From Salinispira sp. (lineage in GTDB: Bacteria > Spirochaetota > Spirochaetia > DSM-27196 > Salinispiraceae), in contig OZ271918.1 of NCBI GenBank assembly GCA_965602015.1, positions 256,001-320,000 on the forward strand: 64,000 nt of DNA, given 5' to 3'. This document shows positions 49,205 through 59,007 of the stretch, in pieces (position 1 is the stretch's first letter; every line of letters starts with the position of its first letter). The notes below the pieces were generated by a model that saw only the letters and a list, made by a program, of their open reading frames with translations, was not told where the DNA came from and ran no database searches. The position numbers were made by a program, and so were the translations under genes.

Positions 49205-50293
49205 TTACTCCTTTCCGCCCGATGCGGAAGTCTTCTTTTGATTGTCGTTAAGGGTGTCGCCCGGAGCATCCGAGGCCCCCTCTTGATCGACATATACGTG
49301 ATCATAAATTTTCACCTGGACTCGTTGACCAGGTTGTAAATTGCAGTTGAGCCTAAATACCTCAAGCGGCAGACCATTGAGGTCAATATTCATTCGTATG
49401 AGGCTTCCCTGAAAACGACGGGAAGTTATGAAGGCGGGGCCGTTTTCGCTGGGAAGCAGATCGATGGCTTCTGCTCTGACGAGAATATCCAATTCTACAG
49501 GAGTCTTTCCGTCGAAGCTGCAGTATTTTATGTAGTTTCGGGGAATAATATTCACCGGTCCGAGAAAGTTTCCAACCCTGTGATCCGCAGGGAAGCGGTA
49601 GAGGGTTTCAACATCAGCCTGCTGCCCAATCTCGCCGTCAAGAAGCACGGCAATTCGGTCGCTCATTGCAAAGGCTTCAGGAAGATCGTGGGTTACCGCC
49701 AAGGTAGTGACGCCATATTCTTCCTGTATGTTCCGAATAAACAAAGCGGTTTCCATTTTGAGATTTTGATCAAGATTTGCAAATGGCTCATCCAGAAGAA
49801 GAAGGGATGGCTTGAGGATCATTGCCCGTGCGAGGGCTACCCGTTGGCGTTGCCCGGCGGACAGCTGTCGCGGGTACTTTTTCTGAAGACCTTCCAGGCC
49901 GAAATGGGTGATGTGGTCAGCCACCTCTTTACTTATGGCATGAGCTCGTGCTTTTCTGCTTCGATTCTCCGCAAAGGACGGAAAACGTCGCGCAAAATTG
50001 CTCCTGTTGTGAAGGCCGTAGGCGATGTTCTGGTTTACCGTGAGCTGGGGAAACAGAAGAAAATCCTGAAAGACCATGATCACCGGAGACCAGGTTTCCT
50101 TTTCAGGCAGCCAGGTTATTTCTCCGCCGTCCGATGAGTCCAGTCCGGCGATGATTCGCAACAAGGTTGTTTTTCCCGCACCAGATGGTCCTACAACGCT
50201 GAGAAACTCACCCTGGCGAATATCCATGGAAAGATTACGAAGAACAGGCCATTCCCCAAAGGCCTTTTTGAGATCTTTAATCCTGACTTCCAT
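49205..50293 (-). CDS. ABC transporter ATP-binding protein
   Basis: GPSGAGKT, LSAGQRQR, LLLDEPF. Confidence 0.92.
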   Translation of the reverse strand: MEVRIKDLKKAFGEWPVLRNLSMDIRQGEFLSVVGPSGAGKTTLLRIIAGLDSSDGGEITWLPEKETWSPVIMVFQDFLLFPQLTVNQNIAYGLHNRSNFARRFPSFAENRSRKARAHAISKEVADHITHFGLEGLQKKYPRQLSAGQRQRVALARAMILKPSLLLLDEPFANLDQNLKMETALFIRNIQEEYGVTTLAVTHDLPEAFAMSDRIAVLLDGEIGQQADVETLYRFPADHRVGNFLGPVNIIPRNYIKYCSFDGKTPVELDILVRAEAIDLLPSENGPAFITSRRFQGSLIRMNIDLNGLPLEVFRLNCNLQPGQRVQVKIYDHVYVDQEGASDAPGDTLNDNQKKTSASGGKE

Positions 50294-50342
50294 GAACACC
50301 CTTTAAGCTTGCTAATTTCCCGGCTAATATTATATTGCTGAT

Positions 50343-51185
50343 ATGGACAGTCAAGCAATAATCCGGTTGGCAGTTTTCGCTGCGGTATTCACTATACTCT
50401 CGATTCTCGAATTATTGTTTCCTGACCGCAATCCAGTCCACGCCCGTAAACAGCGTTGGCCGGGAAATATCCTCGTAATCCTCTGCGGAAATCTCTTGGT
50501 ACGCGTGTTAGGTCCATTATTGCCGTATACAGTGGCGGTCGCTATGCAACAGCACGGATGGGGACTTTCGGCATTTGCTCCGGGATGGCTCAGCATCATT
50601 ATCACGGTGATAGTGCTCGATGGATGGATATATCTTCAGCATGTGCTGTTTCATCAGGTGAAGCTTTTACGGCCCCTGCACCGCATGCATCACAGCGATA
50701 CCCATATTGATTTTACCACCGGCTTTCGCATGCACCCAGGTGAGATAGTTATCAGTGCGCTATACAAAACAGCTTTGATAGCCGCGCTCGGTTTGAGCGC
50801 TACCGGGGTTTTGGTTTTTGAGCTCATCCTCAATGCCTCATCTATGTACACCCATGCGAATATCCGCTTAGGCCCAAAGCTCGACCGAACTCTCCGGATG
50901 CTCTTGATCACACCGGACGTTCACAGGATACATCACTCGCAAAAAATTGACGAACGAAACAGCAATTACGGCTTTTTCCTGAGTATTTGGGATCGGATAT
51001 TCGCAACCTATTCACGTGTTGAAGAACATGATCCCAGGGGCATTAACGTTGGTCTGCCTGGGTATGATGATGTTAGGGTTAATCGAATCGATTGGCTCCT
51101 GTTGGAACCGGTGGTTCCAGCACCGCGAAAAATTGGGAAACCCCTGCAAAGCCGCCAAACAATGTCCGGAGACAGGAATGTTTGA
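50343..51185 (+). CDS. Sterol desaturase / fatty-acid hydroxylase family protein
   Basis: His boxes HVLFH, HRMHHSD, HRIHHS; NSNYG...WDRIF. Confidence 0.9.
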   Translation: MDSQAIIRLAVFAAVFTILSILELLFPDRNPVHARKQRWPGNILVILCGNLLVRVLGPLLPYTVAVAMQQHGWGLSAFAPGWLSIIITVIVLDGWIYLQHVLFHQVKLLRPLHRMHHSDTHIDFTTGFRMHPGEIVISALYKTALIAALGLSATGVLVFELILNASSMYTHANIRLGPKLDRTLRMLLITPDVHRIHHSQKIDERNSNYGFFLSIWDRIFATYSRVEEHDPRGINVGLPGYDDVRVNRIDWLLLEPVVPAPRKIGKPLQSRQTMSGDRNV

Positions 51186-51912
51186 TATTGAACTGCGTAA
51201 CATCAAGGACAGGCTGCTCAACCCAGTCGCCAACGCAGTTTCGAAGTTCGCCAGTCCGACCGCAGTGTCCATCACCGGATTCGCATTCGGTGTAGCATCC
51301 CTCTATGCTCTCGGGTCAGGAATGCCAGTCTTAGCCCTGATCCTTTGGTATGCTAACCGGATATTGGACGGGCTGGACGGGGCGGTAGCGAGGGTTTCGG
51401 GACGCACCACCGATGCGGGAGGATTTCTCGATATTACCCTCGATTTTGTCCTGTACGCCGCATTTCCCATCGTTTTGGCCATCGTCGGTATGCGGGCAAG
51501 AGCCGAACTGCCGGTAAACGGACTGCTCGCATTTACATCCCAGTTACCGTGGTTGGATTCAGCGGCTCCCGGTATAAGAGAACTGATTCCTGCAGCTCTT
51601 CTTCTTGCATCATTCTATGTAAACGCCGCCGTGTGGATGACCGCCTCAGCGCTCTTTGAAAAAAGACGGCAGAATCAGACGATTGAAAATACCGGAAGAA
51701 TCACCAGCATGAAAATGCCGAGATCGCTGGTTGAAGGATTTGAAACTATCGTGTTCTTCAGCCTGATGATCGTCCTGCCCCGATTTTTTGCAGAACTTGC
51801 GCTAACTATGACCATACTGGTTATCGTTGGCTTTGTGGTTCGCGGATTGCACACGTACAGAACCTTAAAAATCTCCCAAGTAAATACAGAATCACCAAGG
51901 AGTAAGACATGA
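51178..51912 (+). CDS. CDP-alcohol phosphatidyltransferase (YnjF-like)
   Basis: DGLDGAVAR...GGFLDITLD; LVEGFET. Confidence 0.88.
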   Translation: MFDIELRNIKDRLLNPVANAVSKFASPTAVSITGFAFGVASLYALGSGMPVLALILWYANRILDGLDGAVARVSGRTTDAGGFLDITLDFVLYAAFPIVLAIVGMRARAELPVNGLLAFTSQLPWLDSAAPGIRELIPAALLLASFYVNAAVWMTASALFEKRRQNQTIENTGRITSMKMPRSLVEGFETIVFFSLMIVLPRFFAELALTMTILVIVGFVVRGLHTYRTLKISQVNTESPRSKT

Positions 51913-52745
51913 ATAACCGCCTGTTTCAAACATTAACGATTGCTTTTTTTCTGGCAGTTGTGCTATCTGCCAGCCTCTGGGCCGGCGGCGAAGCCGAACT
52001 GTGGGACCGCTGGATTCTTTCAGATGAGTCCAGCGAAGAAGTGCTTGATCACGGCCCTTGGGGAGATTTCCTCAGCAAGTATCGCTATGTCGGTGAAAAT
52101 GGGGTGGCGCTCATTCGATATGATGAAGTAAGCGCAGATGATCTCAGAAGCCTCGATACCTATGTAGATTATTTACAAGCTGTGGAGGTTGATACCCTCA
52201 ATTCCCGTGAACAATACGCATTTTGGGTGAATCTCTACAACGCGGCGACTATACAGTTGATACTCAGGGAATACCCCGTAACAAGCATCCGCCGAATCTC
52301 CGGGGCCCGAATTACCAGTCCTGGTCCATGGGATCTAAAGCTGCTGCAGGTTGCCGGGGAAGAACTCAGCCTCGACGATATCGAACACCGGATCCTGCGT
52401 CCCCGCTGGAAGGATCCACGAGTGCATTTCGTCGTAAACTGCGCAAGCATCGGATGTCCTGATGTCCCTCCCGTCCCCCTGACCGCTGAAAATCAAGACC
52501 GTTTGATGGAAGAAGGTGCTCGGATATACCTCAACCATCCGCGAGGTATCAAGGCTGACGGCAGGCGGCTTGTCATTAGCTCGATCTTCGATTGGTTTTC
52601 TGTAGATTTTGGTGAGAACGAGGCTGATATTCTGGATTTCATCGATGAATACCGCGATGTCGATCAGCTATTATCCGGTATTGGGAGAAGTCGGGAGAAT
52701 GTTGCTATCCGTTATGATTACGACTGGTCATTGAATTATGAATGA
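51909..52745 (+). CDS. DUF547 exported protein
   Basis: AFWVNLYNA, SLDDIEHRILR, DPRVHFVVNCASIGCP, SSIFDWF, YDWSLN. Confidence 0.9.
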   Translation: MNNRLFQTLTIAFFLAVVLSASLWAGGEAELWDRWILSDESSEEVLDHGPWGDFLSKYRYVGENGVALIRYDEVSADDLRSLDTYVDYLQAVEVDTLNSREQYAFWVNLYNAATIQLILREYPVTSIRRISGARITSPGPWDLKLLQVAGEELSLDDIEHRILRPRWKDPRVHFVVNCASIGCPDVPPVPLTAENQDRLMEEGARIYLNHPRGIKADGRRLVISSIFDWFSVDFGENEADILDFIDEYRDVDQLLSGIGRSRENVAIRYDYDWSLNYE

Positions 52746-52746
52746 A

Positions 52747-53996
52747 GTGTCCCCAAAACAGCTGATCGAATCAACATAACTCTTTTGCCAGTAGTCTTCT
52801 ATGACACGATTACCAGTTCATAGGAGATTAGCATGGCATTAATCCCTCGTTTCTGTCCGTACTCGGACTGTTCTCAGCATCATCGCGACAGAGAATCAAG
52901 CCGGTGCTGGTTTGTCCGAAACGGCCACTATCACTGCCGCCGCCTCGGTTCTTCCCAGCGCTATCGCTGCAAGCATTGCCGTCGATACTTCTGCGAAAGC
53001 GCGTTCCACCTCGATTATCGCGCACATCATCGCCTCGATTACCGGCGCATCTTCTCTTCAATCAACTCGGCCTCCGGCATTCGCGATATTGCCCGGGAGT
53101 TTTATGTCACCGACAAGGTCATTCTCAATCGGCTGAGCCGATTGTCCCGTCAGGCAATCGCTGCCATGGCCCAGTTATCGAATGATCATACAATCGATGA
53201 GGATATTGCCGTTGATGGGTTTGAAAGCTTTGTGTACAGCCAATACTGGCCAAACAATTTCACTCTCGCGGTAGGTTCCGACAGCCAGGTTGTCTATGCG
53301 TGCGACTATGCACAGATGCGGCGCAAAGGGCGGATGACCCCCGCACAAAAGCGCCGGCGCGATGAGCTCAATCGCCGGTATCCTATTGCAGGGGGACAAA
53401 TTGCGCGATCTTTCCGGGATGTGATAAACACCATTCTTCCCCGGTGGAAGGCTTATTCATCTAAGAAGCCATGCTATCTCTTGAGCGATGAAAAACTCGA
53501 ATACCGCCGTGAGCTCTGCGCTCACCGGGACTGGGCGGCGTTGGAAAATGCAGGGCGGGTTATCCATCACCGAACCTCATCGAGGGTGGTCAGGACCACT
53601 GAAAACCCGCTGTTTCCTGTGAATTACCTGGATCGGGAGATACGAAAGGATCAATCCTGTCATGTCCGCCAGAGTGTCCAATGGTCAAAATCGGTGAACA
53701 ACAGCATGGAGCGGATGATGATCTACATCGCCTATCATAACCTGCTCAAGCCGTATCGGATAAACGGACGTAACGATATCAGCCATGGTGAGGTTGCCGG
53801 GTTTGACCGAAGGCGGGTACTCACGTTGGCAAAAAGGATGTTTACACAGCGGGCCTTCGTTCATCATCTGGTGTTGGACATCAGCCAATGGAAGACCTGG
53901 CACCGGATCTGGAAGACACCGGTGAGTGCGCTGAAGATCGATCTACCCGATTATGCGGTGGCCTGAGGAGCGGGAAATCAGCTGTTTTGGGGGCAC
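52747..53996 (+). mobile_element. 1250-bp transposase-encoding member of the TIR family (IS1-like)
   Basis: GTGTCCCCAAAACAGCTGAT (52747-52766) / ATCAGCTGTTTTGGGGGCAC (53977-53996) enclose a single ORF; no flanking direct repeat. Confidence 0.88.
52833..53966 (+). CDS. IS1-like single-ORF transposase (Zn ribbon, HTH, RNase H fold)
   Basis: CPYSDC...NG...QRYRCKHC (InsA-like Zn ribbon), GIRDIAREF HTH, AVDGFE and LSDEK acidic motifs, VNYLDREIR...WSKS...YHN; AGGAG RBS. Confidence 0.75.
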   Translation: MALIPRFCPYSDCSQHHRDRESSRCWFVRNGHYHCRRLGSSQRYRCKHCRRYFCESAFHLDYRAHHRLDYRRIFSSINSASGIRDIAREFYVTDKVILNRLSRLSRQAIAAMAQLSNDHTIDEDIAVDGFESFVYSQYWPNNFTLAVGSDSQVVYACDYAQMRRKGRMTPAQKRRRDELNRRYPIAGGQIARSFRDVINTILPRWKAYSSKKPCYLLSDEKLEYRRELCAHRDWAALENAGRVIHHRTSSRVVRTTENPLFPVNYLDREIRKDQSCHVRQSVQWSKSVNNSMERMMIYIAYHNLLKPYRINGRNDISHGEVAGFDRRRVLTLAKRMFTQRAFVHHLVLDISQWKTWHRIWKTPVSALKIDLPDYAVA

Positions 53997-54035
53997 TTCA
54001 TTGATATTCCCCGTGGAGCAATCTATTCTTAGGCT

Positions 54036-57000
54036 ATGAATCACAAATCCATCCAAAACCTGGCTGATTTTCTAAAGAATATGGTGATTCTCAGTCCATC
54101 CGCCCCCGGTGACCAGGATGCCGAAGGCTCAAAATCCGATAATGGAAACACTGTGGTGGATGACATTCAGCAGAGCAGCAATTTCCCATCTGCAGATGCA
54201 TCATCTGACCGCGTCAAGGTTGATGCCCTGGAAACGCATATCAAGACTGAACCTGGACCGCCCTGTCTTGGCGTCACCGGGAACAATCTCTCGCTTTTAG
54301 CAGAAGAAATCCGCACATCATTAGCTGAACTGCTTCCAAGTGCCGGGTTTTTGGCTTTCGATTTTCCCGCTGATGGTTTGTGGAATAGCTCGTACTTTCC
54401 GTTTCTTGATTTGCTTCAAGAGCTTTACAAGAGTCGGGATGATGTGGAGCGTATGGTGCAGCGGTATTGCTATCAACCTCAACAGGAGGTTTTTTGCTCG
54501 GTGTTGCGAGGGACTGCAATTTCCAGAACGGATCCGCTTTTTGACGTTGAGCTTGCGTTCGAACGGCAGAAATTTCAGCAGGGAATCGCTGATCTGATCC
54601 GGGCAGCCATCGGAAACACTTTGACCTTGGTGTATTTGGCTGGGGTTGAGCACATGCACCGCTCTGCGGTCGGTGTTTTTCGCCAGTTTCTTGAGGAACC
54701 GGGGAATATTAGGTTTATTTGCGGTTTTTATGATGAGCCCGATGTTCGCATCGGCACAGCGTCGGCATTTTCCTCGATCTTCGAGTCAAACATGATACCT
54801 CAAATTTCAAGGAGGTTTTCCAAGTCTCAACCGCCGCGGTCCGCTGTTGATGCTCCGTCTCTTGCGGACAAGATCGACTTACTGGAAAAGAGTTGTGCAC
54901 TTTTTGACAGCGAACTGGCTGTTCTTCAGGCTGAAGATTTGCAAATGCCCGGCTACAGCGATGATCTTCAGCTTAGGCTAGGAGCGATCGAGCAGGGCAG
55001 GCTTCAAATGATTTTGGGTAGGGTGCATCGTTTTTCCGGACAGTACCGGGCCGCCCATGATCACTATCTCCGGGCGTTCTCTATTTTCCGAAACTCCGGA
55101 GATGCTTCAGCGGAGGCGATGTGCGCTGAAAATCTCAGCCAGTGTGCATTGCTCCTTTATGATCGGCGGGATGCTGAATATTTTTGCCAATGCTTTCATG
55201 ATTATGCGATGCAGGTCCATGATTGGGACTTGATTGCCAGGGCAGAATTGCTTCGCTTTCAGCTGCAGCAGTTTCAAAATGAGTACTTCAAGGGCTACAT
55301 CGGGTTTTTACGCAAGAGACTGACAATTCTGGAACCGGCATTTGCCAAGCTCGGTATGCGCAATGCTTTGGCATACGTGCTGAGTAATGAAACGATGATC
55401 AGCTCCATGCTCAAGGCAAATGAGGGTGTGAAAGAAACCATCGATTTTTTACTCCGCGCGTTGGATATTGCTGCGGAGATCGGCAATTCTTATCGGCTTT
55501 CTCTCATTAATCACTATCTGGGCATAGGGTATCAGGCATTGGCTGAACGGGATACTGCCTCCCGTTACTATCGACAATCTATTGAACTGGCGAGAAGCCT
55601 GTCAGATGAAAAGCTCGCAAATCGCTTGAGCAATGGAGTGGGATACTTCTTTTTTTCGGCAGGTGATTTTTCTGTCGCCGCGGATTTTTACGATGAGGCG
55701 CTGCGTGGTCTGGTACGTGAACGGGATTTTGCAGAGGTTTGCAGCTCGTTGTTCAATTTCGGTAGTATCAATTTTTTTCGGCACCTGTACTCCGTTGCGA
55801 TGCCGTTTTACGAAACAATGCTGAGAATAATGGATGCATTGGAAATTGGTGATCTCCAGTATCACAGCCGGGAAATCATCTACTCGCTTATCGGAATATG
55901 TGCGATAAAAACCGGCGACATCAATAAGGGGTACCGCTTTCACCGGATGGTGCTCGCTGAATGCGAGTCGCCCTCTACATACTCGACCTTTGAGTATTAT
56001 CACTTTTTTCAGGCGGTAATGGCCCGATATGAGGGTCGGATAGCTGAATGCGAGCGGGAGCTTGAAAAGGTCATCGACATTGAGCAAAGCAAAGCGGTTG
56101 ATGAGGCCTACCTTGTTATCCGTGCGTATTTCGAGCTTGCGGACCTGTATAAATTCCAGGGGCGTACAGAAGATTGTGCGCGGACAATCTCCCTCATTAG
56201 GGAGCTGATACCTGAAGGCAGTTTTCCTGATGTTCTCATCAGCCTCGAGGCGATGGAGGCTGATTCAGGGGAAAAGGTTTTCACCCCCATCGTGCCTGGT
56301 GATATCCCCCTGGATTTTATTGTCGAACTGGCTGAACAGGAAGCTGGTTTGCGCAGACTCAATTCCCAGATGGAGCAAATGCGGCTTCTCAACGAATTTC
56401 AGGATATCCTCCGGAATTACAGCGGGTTAGGTCGATACCCGAATTCGGAAATCCGGTTCTTGGCGGCTGCCGGTGACTTTTTAATAAGATCGTCGGCTGA
56501 TGATCGCGCTGATTCTTTTCCAGGGGAATTTTGTCACGCCCTCCTCGAACAAGACTCCTCTCTGGCGGGGAAATTTGAGGGGGCCTATTATCTGTGCCGC
56601 TCCTGGAAACATCACCAGGCAGGGCAAATAATGGAAGCCCGCAGGGATCTTACTGCATCGTTTGATGCTGCAAGAAATTATCGAAACTTTGATCTGCTCT
56701 CCCAGTTCATGCGTGAAGGCGAAGCGTTTGACCTCGGCGGATCTTCCTCGGTGATAAATGAGATGGTACTACTCTGGCGCATTGCTCAGTGCCGGCCGGA
56801 CTTCCGTAGTGAATCTGGTCTGATGGATATTCCACCGCATTCCGGCTCCGGCAATGAAGGTCAGCATGATTATGATCAGTATGGTTTGCTCGAGCACATG
56901 CTGAGCTATCACGCTCTGATCGCCGCTGCTGTTAGACTCATCGCCGAAGGGAACTCCTTCGATTTCGCTGTCTTAGCGGAGTTTGATAACGGTCGTCGAT

Positions 57001-58241
57001 GTTTTTCCGAATCTCTGGTCCCCCGTTCAAGGCGTAGTGAAGCCTATGACGCCATGGTCTTACGATTTCTTGAGGATGTATTTGCTTCCTGGTCCCGAGG
57101 AGAGCACAGGGATAAGAGCCTGTCTGCCGAAGCGGCTACCCAACTGGGGCTAGAGCATTCAAGGATCTTTACATCCGGCAAATCCGAAGAGATATCACTC
57201 CTGCTTATTGTCGGGGGCTATCATGATGACAAAGTCTACAACCGTGAGGTTTCGCATATGATAGGCATCATGTTGGATCAACTGCTGACCGCCCTGAGCA
57301 AGGTTCGGGGCGAGATGCTTATTCTCCGACAGAACAGGGATCTCGAGGCTGCGGTGAAGGAACGAACGAATGAGCTCTCACAAAGTCTCGCTCACATTGA
57401 GCGGCAAAAAGCTCAGATCCAGAGCTATGCCGCCCGGCTTGAAGAAACTGTTGAGGAGCGGGGACGGGAACTGGTTAATTCCGAACGCAGGGCGACCCTT
57501 GCTCAGCTGGTGGCGAATTTGTCGCATGAAATCAGCAGTCCTCTCGGCAACGTTATATTGCTAAACAGCGCTTCAAAGACTGAACTATCGGACATTCTGA
57601 GCGCTGCGGAGGACGGCACGCTGAGTCTGAATGGGCTGCAGGACTTTCTTAAACGCAGCGTCGATTCCTCATCTATTATCGCCGACAACGTGAACCGGGT
57701 GCTTGACCTGGTGTCGAGCTATCGGAAGGTGGCTCATGATCAGGCAAAACCGGAAATAGAAGTTGTAGAGCTTCGGGAATATCTGCAATCAGTTTTTATC
57801 CTGTTCAAACCCCGGCTCACCCGCGCCGGCGTTGAATTAACGCTCGAATGCCCGGACAATCTCACCATCCGCAGCTATCCCGGAATTCTGTCCCAAATAA
57901 TGAGCAATCTGTTGATCAATGCCCTCACCCATGCCTTCACGGATGATCAGCGGCAGAAGCACATTCAACTTTCTGTTTCCTCACGAACCGACGTTCTGGA
58001 ACTGAGATTTACCGACAACGGTATGGGGATGGACTCCCAGATCCGCAGCAGGATTTTTGAAGCCTACTTCACCACCAACAAAACCGGGGGAGGAACGGGT
58101 TTGGGATTGCATATCATTCAAAGCCTCGTGGAAAAAAACCTCAAGGGCAGCATCAGCTGTTCGAGCGCCCCTGGTGACGGAACAGAGTTTTTTATCAGCC
58201 TTCCTCTTTCCCTTGATGATCCGAACGGCCCTTCTTCCTAA
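54036..58241 (+). CDS. Large soluble TPR-containing sensor histidine kinase
   Basis: TPR-like helices in the centre; C-terminal LSHEISSPLG, NALTHAF, DNGMGM, GGTGLGL. Confidence 0.85.
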   Translation: MNHKSIQNLADFLKNMVILSPSAPGDQDAEGSKSDNGNTVVDDIQQSSNFPSADASSDRVKVDALETHIKTEPGPPCLGVTGNNLSLLAEEIRTSLAELLPSAGFLAFDFPADGLWNSSYFPFLDLLQELYKSRDDVERMVQRYCYQPQQEVFCSVLRGTAISRTDPLFDVELAFERQKFQQGIADLIRAAIGNTLTLVYLAGVEHMHRSAVGVFRQFLEEPGNIRFICGFYDEPDVRIGTASAFSSIFESNMIPQISRRFSKSQPPRSAVDAPSLADKIDLLEKSCALFDSELAVLQAEDLQMPGYSDDLQLRLGAIEQGRLQMILGRVHRFSGQYRAAHDHYLRAFSIFRNSGDASAEAMCAENLSQCALLLYDRRDAEYFCQCFHDYAMQVHDWDLIARAELLRFQLQQFQNEYFKGYIGFLRKRLTILEPAFAKLGMRNALAYVLSNETMISSMLKANEGVKETIDFLLRALDIAAEIGNSYRLSLINHYLGIGYQALAERDTASRYYRQSIELARSLSDEKLANRLSNGVGYFFFSAGDFSVAADFYDEALRGLVRERDFAEVCSSLFNFGSINFFRHLYSVAMPFYETMLRIMDALEIGDLQYHSREIIYSLIGICAIKTGDINKGYRFHRMVLAECESPSTYSTFEYYHFFQAVMARYEGRIAECERELEKVIDIEQSKAVDEAYLVIRAYFELADLYKFQGRTEDCARTISLIRELIPEGSFPDVLISLEAMEADSGEKVFTPIVPGDIPLDFIVELAEQEAGLRRLNSQMEQMRLLNEFQDILRNYSGLGRYPNSEIRFLAAAGDFLIRSSADDRADSFPGEFCHALLEQDSSLAGKFEGAYYLCRSWKHHQAGQIMEARRDLTASFDAARNYRNFDLLSQFMREGEAFDLGGSSSVINEMVLLWRIAQCRPDFRSESGLMDIPPHSGSGNEGQHDYDQYGLLEHMLSYHALIAAAVRLIAEGNSFDFAVLAEFDNGRRCFSESLVPRSRRSEAYDAMVLRFLEDVFASWSRGEHRDKSLSAEAATQLGLEHSRIFTSGKSEEISLLLIVGGYHDDKVYNREVSHMIGIMLDQLLTALSKVRGEMLILRQNRDLEAAVKERTNELSQSLAHIERQKAQIQSYAARLEETVEERGRELVNSERRATLAQLVANLSHEISSPLGNVILLNSASKTELSDILSAAEDGTLSLNGLQDFLKRSVDSSSIIADNVNRVLDLVSSYRKVAHDQAKPEIEVVELREYLQSVFILFKPRLTRAGVELTLECPDNLTIRSYPGILSQIMSNLLINALTHAFTDDQRQKHIQLSVSSRTDVLELRFTDNGMGMDSQIRSRIFEAYFTTNKTGGGTGLGLHIIQSLVEKNLKGSISCSSAPGDGTEFFISLPLSLDDPNGPSS

Positions 58242-59007
58242 TGCCTGGAGGAATGGGAAAAAGGAGCGGGGTGCTTCGCCTATATTCACGGAACTCGGAT
58301 ATCTGACCCCATTTTTTTTCCCAGCTTTTTTCGAGCAACGGTATACCGCTGACTTTTATGAGGAGAAAACTGATAAAAACCGGTCCGATGTACAGCAGGT
58401 ACTCAAATCCGTGAAAAAGCGTCAGGCCGGGAATACTGAGGGCCCACCACAGAAGTATTTCCCCGAAATAGTTGGGATGACGGGACCAGCTCCACAGGCC
58501 TGCCGACATCCATCGATCAGCATTCTGCTCCCGGGATTTAAAACGGTATTTTTGAATATCGGCAATGGTTTCAACCACTAGTCCAACTAAGAACAGGCCC
58601 CAGGAAAGCACGGTGAGCCAGATCGGAGGGGTACCGGCGCTTCGGATTATTCCAATGATGGGAAGCATGACTATCCATACGGTGATTGATTGTAATAGCC
58701 AGAATGCGCCAAACCGCACAAAACTGTCGCGTCTGTCATCGAAGCGATGATCCACCTTTATTTTCAAAATACGGAAGAATAGGTAACTGCCCAGGCGCAG
58801 GGCCCACAGGATAACCAGAGACCCGTGTATGATTCCGAACATCCCGCTTTCGCCGTACCGGAGGATTGCCGCAATGCTCAGGGCGATAAAACTGAGGCTG
58901 TACGTCAGGTCGGTAAACAGGTCGCTTTTGAGTTTGATCGCCGCTGAAAAAAACAGGGTGTTTATCCCCAGTGATAATAGAAGGAAAAGCAGGAGATCGA
59001 TAATCAT
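58195..59007 (-). CDS. DUF1295 (steroid 5-alpha reductase-like) membrane protein
   Basis: WALRLG, ETIADIQK, GLWSWSRHPNYFGE, SGIPLLE. Confidence 0.9.
   Translation of the reverse strand: MIIDLLLFLLLSLGINTLFFSAAIKLKSDLFTDLTYSLSFIALSIAAILRYGESGMFGIIHGSLVILWALRLGSYLFFRILKIKVDHRFDDRRDSFVRFGAFWLLQSITVWIVMLPIIGIIRSAGTPPIWLTVLSWGLFLVGLVVETIADIQKYRFKSREQNADRWMSAGLWSWSRHPNYFGEILLWWALSIPGLTLFHGFEYLLYIGPVFISFLLIKVSGIPLLEKSWEKKWGQISEFREYRRSTPLLFPIPPGIRKKGRSDHQGKEEG

Noticed and set aside
21914..53996. CRISPR array interpretation of the recurring 20-mer
   Set aside because: Copies are inverted pairs kilobases apart, not direct repeats with 30-40 bp spacers; no cas genes are present.
58152..58161. ATCAGCTGTT (also CAGCTGAT at 421) as further TIR copies
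   Set aside because: Short matches inside coding sequence without the GGGGGCAC end; consistent with chance.
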